Shown: one piece after another, positions 14,401 to 26,400 of the stretch
Layout: every line of letters starts with the position of its first letter
Numbering within the stretch: the first letter of the stretch is position 1
Assembly: GCA_036785375.1 (NCBI GenBank)
Contig: JAWMAR010000058.1
Location: 7,502,001-7,566,000, forward strand
DNA from: Leucoraja ocellata
Lineage: Eukaryota
DNA: 64,000 nucleotides
Direction: 5' to 3'
Notes under the pieces: generated by a model
Database searches by the model: none
Told to the model about the DNA's origin: nothing
What the model saw: the letters and a program-made list of their open reading frames with translations, nothing else
Made by a program: the position numbers and the translations under genes

Positions 14401-17400
14401 TGGAGCCATACAGCATTGGCAGAGGCCTTGGCCCACTGCATTATTGAAGAAAAAATATAGTAAAAGAACACAGGTCGGGTGAAAAAGGGGGAAAGCAAAC
14501 TGGAGTAGCTTGAGTATTCTATAATGTGGCTGAAATAAAATGCATTTATGGGTGGAGGGTTTAATGCCTTCATATACTCATGCAATAAATTATAAATGCA
14601 ACAAAATTTGTGGATTTTTATCATGCCTTTACAGAATAGTATCCCGTCATTCAAATACACTGAAGCTTAATCACTATTGTAATGTCAGAAAGATAGCACC
14701 AATTACCAAGAGCAAGTTTCCACAAGCAGCAATATGGTTAACGCCCGATAATCTGTACTTTTAATTATGCTGGCTGTGGGATAAATATTCCACAGGGCAC
14801 TGCAGATCCCCTATCTCTTCAACAAAATGATGCTCAGGGATCATATTTGTGAGTAAGATGGGACTTTTGTTTATTATTGTGAAAATGCAAAGTTCAACAG
14901 CGAGGTAGTATCATTATATTGCACTGACTTGTCAGCTTAGGTAATGTACTCGAGTTTCTGGAGGGGTTTTGAATTATCTAAATGAATGATCACAGTCAGT
15001 GCACAGCAGTCTTTGCACCCTTGCACTTGCTGCGTGGGCTGTGGCAGCATTTCCTCCAAGAGCAGGGCTTTTCACCACTTGGTGGCGCTGGATTCCAGTT
15101 TTTGTGCACCTTCTCAGGAGTGAATCCTGTGCTGATCTGTTACTGGGTCTGGTGTGTTAAACTATTGAGGATTTAACCAGATTGGGGAATGGTGTGGTAC
15201 ATAGCCAAAAGAGGGAGAAAAGACTAGGAACATACAAGAGATAAAATGCTGACATGAAAATGTTGCCGTTTATTTGAGTTGTTTCATTTTTAAACAATTT
15301 ACTTATTAATTTTGATTTGCAGGCAATTCATGTGGAGACCGATCCCCAGACCATCAGTGCCTATGTTATTTATTTGTCACAGCACGCACCAGTAGAGGAG
15401 CAGGTTCAGCACAACGACCTTGCCTTGGTAGGAATAATGTGACGGGTTTGAATGGTGTGGAAGCAAGAATAAAATAATTGAATAGTGTCAGAGCATGGTC
15501 TGCTGATTCACCCAGCAGTATATTTAATAAGATGCCACATAATAGGTTTTGACGGCGCATTAGGCTGAGGGTGTAATATTACTGTGGATAGTGGAATGGT
15601 TAACATCCAAGAGGCATAAATGAGTAAACTGGAACCAGGGGTTGGAAGTTGACTGCTTAAAACTGAGATGAATGGGAAATTCTACTGAGAGTTCTGAATC
15701 TTTGAAATTCAGTATCCTGGAGTGTTGTGGAAATTGTGTCATTAAGCACGTTCAAGACTGGGTTAGGCTTTTGGATTGCTGGGAATCGAGAAGTAAAGTC
15801 GGGCATGACAAAATAACAGAACAGGCTCGAAGGGCCGAATGGCTGCCAGCTTCTTTCTCTTATGTTTTTGTGGGTTGTGAGACAAGCAGACCTATTTCCT
15901 CTCTGAATGACCTACAGCTAAACACCGATTATACACTACCTGAATATACATAAATCCCAGTTGTTTGGCATCTTGTTATTTCCGGCCTGTTTCTCATGCT
16001 CCTGTTAAACTCAGCGGGGGCTCATTTACCATGCTTCCTTTAAACTTACCAGAGCTCTGGTTCAGTTGCTTTCTTTAAAAACAGAATGATCCTACTTTCT
16101 GCGTTCCTTTAGGCTTATCTGGGATCGGTTTCTCATGCTCTCCTTAAACACACCATGCTCTATTTCCCTTTAATGTCACTGGGCCTTCATTTCCTGCACT
16201 TCTTTAAGCACATCGAGGTTCTGTTCACCAATGTCCTGTTCTCTGATTAAACATACAGGGTTCCCTTTAAACTAACCAGTGTCCTATTTTTCTTGCTACT
16301 TCTACGTGCATTGTGTTTAACTGGAAAAAAATTATGTTAAAGTGTAACAACTTTGAAGAATTGAATTTGAATTGTGTTGGGGTACTAATATGATTAACAT
16401 ACAATATAGTCTGAAAGCTCTGTATAAGAAGGAACTGCAGATGCTGGTTTAAATCGAAGATAGACACTAAATGCTGGAGTAACTTTGCGGGACAGGCAGC
16501 ATCTCTGGAGAGAAGGAATGGGTTTCGGATTGAGACCCTTTTTCAGACTGATTCTTCAATCTGAAGAAGGTCTCGATCTAAAACGTCACCCATTCCTTCT
16601 CTCCAAAGATGCTGCCTGTCCCGCTGAGTTACTCCAGCATTTTGTGTTTATCTTTAGCCTGAAAGCTCTACTAGGTTAAGAGCAAAGATCCTATAGCAGA
16701 GCTCTCTGCTATAGGATCTTTGGTTAAGAGAGTTTTGCTGCACTGCATGTTCCATTGTGTTAATTAGTTGAGCACCTTGTCTCATCGACCTCCTTTTATA
16801 TGCAAATTTAACCAAAACAGTAGAAGTGCTGCTAATGGGAAAGGTGGGTAACGAAACACCATACTTTCCCTTGTTGTAATGATGTATATTTTTTGTGACC
16901 CATCATTTTGATCACTCAGGATGTTGCTCGCTTGATTGTCGAGAGGTCCACCATCATGACTCACCTCTTCGCCAAACACTCCTACAGATCGGAGTGCGAG
17001 TCAGTGTTGGTGGCGCTCATCGCCATCTTCTCCCGATACGTGAAGCGGATGCGGAAGACGAAGGAGGACGAGGAGGTGTACAGCTGGGTGAGTGGGTCCC
17101 CTCAGTACACTGGCTGGTTACACAGGCTCAATCTCCCGCGGTGGTGCTGACCACATGGAGCTGGTGGAGCACGTTACCGACAACTCTGTCACTGGATTCA
17201 TGAACTACTCGATGATGTGTGTTGTCAATTGGGTGTCCTGGTGTCTGCTGGGGATCATGCCACATCTCCATTCTCTTCATAGTCCATTATCCAAGTGAAG
17301 AATCTCATTCAGAGTTTGTGAGAAAATAGGAGATTCGTATGATTGAAGGAAATCTAAAACCAAAGGTGTAATTGTTTTCTTTAAAGTAGAGATGTTTAAA

Positions 17401-20400
17401 ATTATAATTGAACAGCATGGAAATAGGCCTTTCAGCCCATCAAATCAATGCTGACCATAAACACCCATTTACAGTAATCCTGCACCATTCCCATTTTATT
17501 ATTTCCACTTTCCCATTCATTTCTCCACGTTCCACCATCCACCTATGCACGAGTAGCAATGTACAGTTGCCAGTTAACCCACTTGCACATGTTTGAGATG
17601 TAAGGGGGAAAGTGAAAAGTCTACATAGGTAACATTAAAGGTCAGGATTGATCCCATGTTGCTGGAGCTGTGAGGAAGCAGCTCTTCTAGCTGTGGCACT
17701 GTGAAGATTTAATCCAGGCATTGACAGTGGGAGAGATAGAGCATGAAGATGGTGGTGTTGCAGAACATCAGTCATAATGTTGTTGAATGGTGGAGCAGGC
17801 TCGAGGGGTGGAGTGGCCTGCTCCTGGTTCCTATGTTCTTCATTTACTTCAAAGAGGCGCAGAAGCCCTCATATTTGAATGTGCCTTTCTATAAATTGAG
17901 TGTCCTATGAGAAAGATTAAATGGGTCAGTCAGTGGTGAGGTTGTACCATCTCTAAAAATTCTCATTCAATCTTTTTGCACAGAAGAAAGCTATCTTGTC
18001 GACTGCTCATGTGTTTTTTTTCAAAGGCTAAGCAATTTGTTCTGTTCTCCCTTCCCAACAACTCTTCAATGTTTTCCTAATTCTGTTTAGAAAGTTACTG
18101 CTAAGATCAATGCTTAGGATTCTAACATAGAACTTTATTCTAAGAATGTGAATGCTGCAGGGAGAACTAACTATTTTATTTCTTTTTTCTATTGCACAGT
18201 CTGAGTCCCAGGACCAGGTCTTCCTGCGTTGGACCACTGGGGAGACAGCTACCATGCATATTCTGGTAGTTCACGCCATGGTCATTCTTCTGACGTTGGG
18301 TCCGCCTCAAGGTATAAACGTGGGAGTAGGACGCAGGAGATTTAAACGGTTGTGCTTTAAAGAAATATCCCTGTGTGTGTAAGTTGGGATGGTGCAGGTG
18401 GGTAGGTTGATACTAAAATAATTAACATTGCAGGTGTATGCTGCAATGAGTGGTCTGACCGATATCGTAGGGAATTTACTCTGTTACTTAAGCACTCAAT
18501 GCCTAGTCTTAAAACTGTAATAAACATTTCTGCTAAAAGGAAAAAAAAAAATGTCCATTTCCATGCCCCTCATAGTTTTGCACCCCTAATGTACACATGA
18601 CCCCCCCCCCCCCAGCCTTCACTGAAAGGAAAACAAACACAGCACATCCAGTCTCTCTTAACTGAAAAATGAATGTCCCAGGCCACATTCTAGTGAATCT
18701 CCTTTTCACCATCTCCAGCACCATCATATCTTTCTTATAATGTGGCGTTCAGAACTGCACCCCGTGCTCCAGTTGCAGCCTATGATGATTTGTATTGTTT
18801 TATCAGAACCTCCTTGCTATTATAATATTTTCCCATAGGTCTTCCTAATCACATTATCTGCCTGCACTGTTGCCTGCTTGGATATGTACACCAAGGTCCT
18901 CCAATTACCTTGTGGTGGCAGGGAGGTCATTAATGAAGCAGTTGAAGATGGTCAGGTCTGAAATACTGCCCTGAGGGATTCCTGCAAAGTTCTAAGGCTG
19001 ATACCCTATAATCACAACCATCTTTCTCTGTCCCAGTCACTGCTGTGATTTTCCATTGATGCCCATTGGTTGCAGTCTTACCACAGTTGCATAGAAACAT
19101 AGAAAATAGGTGCAGGAGTAGGCCATTCGGCCCTTCGAGCCTGCACCGCCATTCAATATGATCATGGCTGATTATTCAACTCAGTATCCTGTACCTGCCT
19201 TCTCTCCATACTCCCTGATACTACCCCATTTCCCCATGTTGATGCTACCCCATTTCAAATTCTGCTTTGATGTCATTCTCACCTCTGGAATTTAGCTCTT
19301 TGTGCCTGGCTGTGATGTGGTTTGAAGGTGAGTGGTCCTGGGAGTAGATTATTGATGAGTAATGCTTTTAGCCAACCTTGTCTATGACAGCTTCTGTCAT
19401 TCTGCTGATGATTGAGTAAACTGATAGTAGCTAGCTAAGTTAGATTTTTCTTGATTTTGTGAACATGATTTAGCTGAGTAATGTTCCACATTGTGGCTTG
19501 ATGCCAGGCTGTAACTGTACTGGAGCAGTGACGGTTCTGGAGTGCAGGCCTTCAGCACTATAGTAGGGGGTTTTTGGCTCCCATTGCCTTTTCTGGACCA
19601 GGTATTTCATGATATCAAATGGAGTGGAAATAAATTGGCTGGAGGCTGGCTCTAGTGGAGGCAAGAATCTCAGGTGAAGAGAGATAGATCGTCCACCTGT
19701 TGCAAACATCTCAATTTGTGCTATTCTTTAGCACTGACAATTCGCCCCTGTCATCTTTGAGGATGTTATGTTCTTGAAGTTTCTGCATCCTTTAGCTGTT
19801 TAATTGTCCACCACGAATTCAAGACTATATGTGATAGGACTTAATCTGATTCATTGATTGTGAAATCATTTAGCTCTATCTGATGGTAGAGTGATGGTTC
19901 GTGCTGGACCCTGAGCATAGATTGTGAGGGTGAACATCTGATGGTCCGCAGTGTTAACGTATGCCCAGCTTTGAGCTTCCTGATCTGTTCCAAATCTATC
20001 CCATATACCACCTTTCTAATACACCACATTACGATGGAGGCTATCAGTTTCTATCTAATTGCAGTTTGTTATGACGTTCGACACAACTTGGCTGCTCACT
20101 ACATTGTTAAGACTACAGTTCAAAATTTTAACGTCTGTGTCTTGGTTCTTTATTTCTTTGAATTTTTGGAAAAAAACAATAATTCTCAGAATGTTTTTCT
20201 CCAATGCAATATATATGTATCTTAAAAAGTGGGTTTATTATTGTATCAAGGGAATAACTTGGATTCTATTCCTTTTCCAACATATTTAGTTAACATTTAT
20301 TTATTTGCAGGAACTACTTGCTGAACTTGGTTTTCATCTTGTTCACCTCTCACCACTAGCTTAAACCTGAGCTAGTTCCTCCTCTCTTGTCACAAAGGCA

Positions 20401-23400
20401 TTTCAGGACGTCAGTCCCCATTCGTTCTGAAGCTGCGAGAATTGGTTGTGGAAAGTTGCTCAAGTTTGATATAATTAGCAACTTCTCTTGGATAATACGA
20501 AAATGGAAAGTGTGGGCAATGTAATGAGAATCCTGTTCTGAAATTGTTGGAGAGTTTTGGAAAGTATACTTTGGTCCTAGTGTAGCTAACGTGAGGTGCT
20601 TTTGAGATTGGTTATGAATAATAGAATGTACTATTTTCTCAAACACCTCACCATGATAAATTGAAGGCTTTGTGGGTTGATCACATGTTAAAGAATGTGG
20701 TGCTGCACTAAAGTGTCTGTATGACAAGGCTATTTATTCATGGCTGAGAGAGAAGGCCACTTGTAGCATTGCACCACAAGAATGTGGTTTAGTGCAGGAG
20801 CATTTCCATTACATTGCCTGTGCCATCTTCTATGCCCTCTGGGGTTGAGTGTTTAGATACATAGATACATAGAAAATAGGTGCAAGAGTAGGCCATTTGG
20901 CCCTTCGAGCCTGCAGCTCCATTCAATATGATCATGGCTGATCATCCAACTCAGTATCCCGTACCTGCCTTCTCTCCATACCCCCTGATCCCTTTAGCCA
21001 AAAGTGCCACATCTAGCTCCCTCCTAAATATAGCCAATAAACTGGCCTCAACTACCCTCTGTGGCAGAGAGTTCCAGAGATTCACCACTCTCTGTGTGAA
21101 AAATGTTTTTCTCATCTCGATCTTAAAGGATTTCCCCCTTATCCTTAAGCTGTGACCCCTTGTCCTGGACTTCCCCAACATCGGGAACAATCTTCCTGCA
21201 TCTTGCCTGTCCAATCCCTTAAGAATTTTGTAAGTTTCTATAAGATCCCCCCTCAATCTCCTAAATTCTAGGGAGTACAAACCGAGTCTATCCAGTCTTT
21301 CTTCATAAGAAAGTCCTGACATCCCAGGAATCAGTCTGGTGAACCTTCTCTGCACTCCCTCTATGGCAATAATGTCCTTCCTCAGATTTGGAGACCAAAA
21401 CTGTACGCAATACTCCAGGTGTGGTCTCACCAAGACCTTGTACAACTGCAGTAGAACCTCCCTGCTCCTATACTCAAATCCTTTTGCTATGAAAACTAAC
21501 ATACCATTCGCTTTCTTCACTGCCTGCTGCACCTGCATGCCTACTTTCAATGACTGGTGTACCATGACACCCAGGTCTCGTTGCATCTCCCCTTTTCCTA
21601 ATCGGCCACCATTTAGACAATTGTCTGCTTTCCTGTTTTTGCCACCAAAGTGGATAACCTCACATTTATCCACATTATACAGCATCTGCCATACATTTGC
21701 CCACTCACCCAGCCTATCCAAGTTACCTTGCAGCCTCCTAGCATCCTCCTCACAGCTAACACTGCCCCCCAGCTTAGTGTCATCTGCAAACTTGCAGATG
21801 TTGCCTTCAATTCCCTCGTCCAAATCATTAATATATATTGTAAATAGCTGGGGTCCCAGCATTGAGCCTTGCCGTACCCCACTAGTCACTGCCTGCCATT
21901 GTGAAAAGGACCCGTTTACTCCTACTCTTTGCTTCCTGTTTGCCAGCCAGTTCTGTATCCACATCAATACTGAATCCCCAATACCGTGTGCTCCAAATTT
22001 GCATACCAATCTCTTATGTATTTTTGTATTATTGAGACAACACCCATCAGATTAAAACTTTTACTTCCTCCATTATTTGTGCATAGTGACTGCAATTTGT
22101 ATCATTTACAAGGTGTACTGCACCAATTTGTCAATACTACTTTGTAGTATCCTCTAACTCTGAAACTGTACTGCTGAGATGGAGAAGGATGATGGCCACA
22201 TGAGAACATTACCTGCAAGTTTTCTTCCTAAGTCCTACATCATCTTGCCTTTGCATATTATCATTGACCGATCATTATTGATCAGTCCATATTCCCGATC
22301 TCCCAAACAACACTGTTGTTTTGTCACGTGAACTTAAGCAGTTTACAGAGGTGGTCCACCATCTCAAAGACAAATAACATGGGGTTATAAGTTGTGGTCT
22401 TGCTATGTCCTAAGAATAAGTTCATCTGTCCAACATATGTAGAAAGAGAGAGTTCTGCTGTTAATGTCTGTAGAGTGATGCTGCTTGATCTCAAACTCTG
22501 AATTGAAGTAACATTGAATTTTCATGCCAATAACATGATACTTCAGCTCATGTAAGTGTTTTCTTGATATCTTTTTCCAGAAATCTCTCTCGAAAATCTT
22601 ACAAATGTTGCTGGTATGTAATTGTTTTTGAATTGTGTGTTTTCAGGAGACAGTGATTTCTACCACCTTCTCGACGTGTGGTTTCCGGACAAGAAGCCTC
22701 TCCCAACGGCATTCCTAGTCGACACTTCAGAAGAAGCACTGCTTCTCCCTGACTGGCTGAAACTCCGCATGATTCGCTCAGAAGTATCTAGATTGGTGGA
22801 TGCAGGTGAGTAAATACACTTCTTTATGAGATCCAAGTTGACACCATTCTGTATATTTTACCAGGTAAAATAATCTTTCATGTTTAACGAGTTCAGACTG
22901 TTTTCACTTGATACTGCTTTGATTCCGGTGAGTCACCTTTTAAAATTTTGGCTCCAAATTCATCCAGGCTAGAGAAGAGTCTCCTTGATATTAGGTGTAA
23001 TGAAAGTGGCTACAGTGACATGAAGCAATGTGGTCACAAAAGATTTTTAAAGAGGATGGGACCAAGCTGATTTAGAGCATGATAGATGCATGAAGGTGAT
23101 GAGCGTGGCTGTGATACAGTTGACCCCACTGAACACTACAAGACAAGATATCAAAACTTGTGTCTGTTATGATGGGCATAACAATATGAGATTATTGAGA
23201 TTTATTTGTACCTTTTTATGCTATCTGACCCGTTGAGTTACTCCAGCACTTTGTATCTTTTGCTGATTTTCTTTCCTTGTTTAGAAATGTGAAAAGCAAG
23301 GTTTTCTGACCTATAGCCTATAGACATTATAGAATAAGACCTCCCAGTCAGATGATGGGGACCGGGAGGTTGGGAAACCGATGGGTTTCATTTGAGGTCA

Positions 23401-26400
23401 TCTTGGTCTTTGTGGTCTTTCCATGAAACCACCAGAGAACCGTGACAGGTTTACTGTCAATATACTTTCAGAATATTGGCTTTGAACAATGTGCTGGTTT
23501 ACTTGTAGATAAAGGTTTAGAAAGTGGTGCATTTCTGTTATGTTCTGTCTCGGTGGTTAATCTGAGTCACAGCAAGTCAGCAACATGGAGCTCACTGACA
23601 GAAACGGATGCTCAATAAAAGCTGAATAAAGCTACGTTCGGAAGTTGATTACTTATATAATTAGATGTCCTGGAGTGATTTCAAGCCTTGGCGTTAAGTT
23701 GACAGTTCTAATAAACCACTTGAGGTTCACTGTCAGGGTTTATGGTGTCATCTGTACTTTGTGAATTAAATTGCAATCTTGTAATCCCTTCCAGGTGTTT
23801 ATTTTTTAATTATGGTACTGGAGGTGGGTTTGTCTCTGTTGCTTGACTTCACCAATGGTGGAATGAACCAGTGAAAATTGCAGATAAATCGAGCAGTAAT
23901 TGTTAGGTATGTTAAGCTCATGTTTTTAAAACATTGGATTATGTCAGAGGGAGATGGCAAGAAGAGGGAATTGTAATCTGCTGTTATGGGGCAAGGAAAG
24001 ACGAGCTAGAACAGGAGAAATGTGATCCAGTTAAGTTATTTTCTGTTGTTGCCTCGCAGGATCAGGAACTGAAGTGGGAAGAGTTTGCACTGAGCTCTGA
24101 ACGGCGTGCATGTTCTCATTTAGCTTTTCTCTCCCACAGCTCTCCAAGATTTGGAGCCGCAGCAGCTGATCCTGTTTGTCCAGTCCTTCGGAATCCCAGT
24201 CTCAAGTATGAGCAAACTCCTGCAATACCTGGATCAGGCGGTGTCCCACGATCCACAGACACTCGAACAGAATATAATGGACAAAAGTAGGTGTTTTTGT
24301 AACAATAATGGGTGAGAATCTTTTGAACTGGGGCTATATCTCAGTGGTTCAAGATGGATGGGGGCAAGTTCCGCACATGTCATCAACAGCAGAGCAAACT
24401 TCATAGATGTTTGGCGAATAAAACAGTACAGCACAAGAACAGGTCCTTCGGAACCATAATGTCTGTGCATAATATAATGCCAATACCATCTCTTACCTGC
24501 TTGACATAATCCATATCCCTCCATCCCCTGCATATCCATTTGCCTATCCACAAATCTCTAAAATGACACTATCATATCTCCTTCTGTTCCAGGCACTCAC
24601 CACCCTATATGTTAAAAAAAACTTGCACCGCAAATCTCCTTTAAACTTTGCCCCTCTTATCTTAAATTTATGCCCTTTAGTATTTAATGTTTCGAACCCG
24701 GGAAAACATTTCTGACTGTCTATTCTATCTATGCCAAAGTATTTACTTCCATCGTCTTCCTGCAACCTTCAGCAATCCAGAGAATACAATCCAAGTCTGT
24801 CCAACACTGGCTGTTTGAGGGAATCCAGAGCAAAAAAGTTCTGAAAATGCTGGAAATACTCAGCACGTCAGGCAGCATCAGAGAGAGAGATAAAAAAAAG
24901 TTAATGTTTCAGGTTGATGTCCTTTCACCATAATTAGAAAAAGTAAAAAAAAACAAAAAACAATGGGGGCAGCACAGTGGCGCAATAGTAGAGTAGCTGC
25001 CTTACAGTGCCAGAGATTCGACTTTGATCTTGGTACAGGTACTGTCTGTACAGGATTTGTATATTCCCCTGTGACTGTGATTGTAATATGCATTAATGAT
25101 TTGGATGTAAATGTAGGAGGTATTATCATTAATTTCACAGACCACACAAAGGTTGACCAGATTTTCTGCAGGTGCTCCGGTTTCCTCCCATATAGAAACA
25201 TAGAAAATAGGTGCAGGAGTAGGCCATTCGGCCCTTCGAGCCTGCACCGCCATTCAATATGATCATGGCTGATCATCCAACTCAGTATCCTGTATCTGCC
25301 TTCTCTCCATACCCCCGATACCTTTAGCCACAAGGGCCACATCTAACTCTCTCTTAAATATAGCCAATGAACTGGCCTCAACTACCTTCTGTGGCAGAGA
25401 ATTCCAGAGATTCACCACTCTCTGTGTGAAAAATGTTTTCCTCATCTCGGTCCTAAAAGATTTCCCCCTTATCCTTAAACTGTGACCCCAGTTCCAGAGT
25501 TGTGCAGGTTTGTGGGTTAATTGGCTTCTGTAAATTGTCCCGAGTGTGTAGGATAAAACTAGTATACGGGTGATGATTGGTCGGGGCAGACTCGGTGGAC
25601 TGAAGGGCCTGTTTCCGCAGTGTATCGCTAAACTAAACTAAACTAAATAACTTGTTTTCAGTTGCGGTGAGCCAAAAATGTTGCTTACACTGCTGTGTAT
25701 TCCCGGCAATTTATTTCGGGGTTCCGGCGTCTGCATCCAGTGCACCAACAGCTGTTTACACATGGCAAGCTATGACAAACAATCATGAGTTATTGATAGT
25801 TTGCTTATGTGATGTTGGGTGAAGCATAAACATTGGCTGGAACAACATTCCTTTTCAAATAGTGGTTATGAGATTGTTGACTTCTCAGAGGGCAAAGGAG
25901 GCCTTGTTCTAGTGGCTCAACTTCCTAGAAGTGAAGTACTACATCACAGTGTTGGCCTGGATTATGTGCTCATCTGGGGAGTGGGATTGAACCCATGACC
26001 TTCTGGCTCGGGTAAGAACACGGTGCACTAAGCCAAGGCCTGATCTTGTCTCTCCCAATGACAGCGGAGACATTTATCCACCAGGGTTCACCCGACCAGA
26101 GACTTGGAGAAGTGATTCTGGCTGCATTCATTATTAAGTCTCCCTACTGCTTTGCTTTAAGAGGCTGCAGAGGCTGCAGACGTGTATAGACCCTCAACTT
26201 GCTGAGGTTAGGAGACTGTATTTCAAATGGTGCTTGTTGTGAATTGGCTGTTGTTCATTCCACTTTCCGTGTATCAGGCCAGAATTAGCAGGGGATTGCG
26301 TGGGCCTCTCAGTAATCCATCTTGGACCATCTGCTGCACCTAGCATAGTCATTGTGATTAAATTAGATGGAGTTACTGAATGGATAGTTGTAATAAGCAG

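Noticed and set aside
21339-22055. 238-aa + strand ORF
   Set aside because: Antisense shadow of the CR1 RT ORF; the same shadow appears at 59993..60283.
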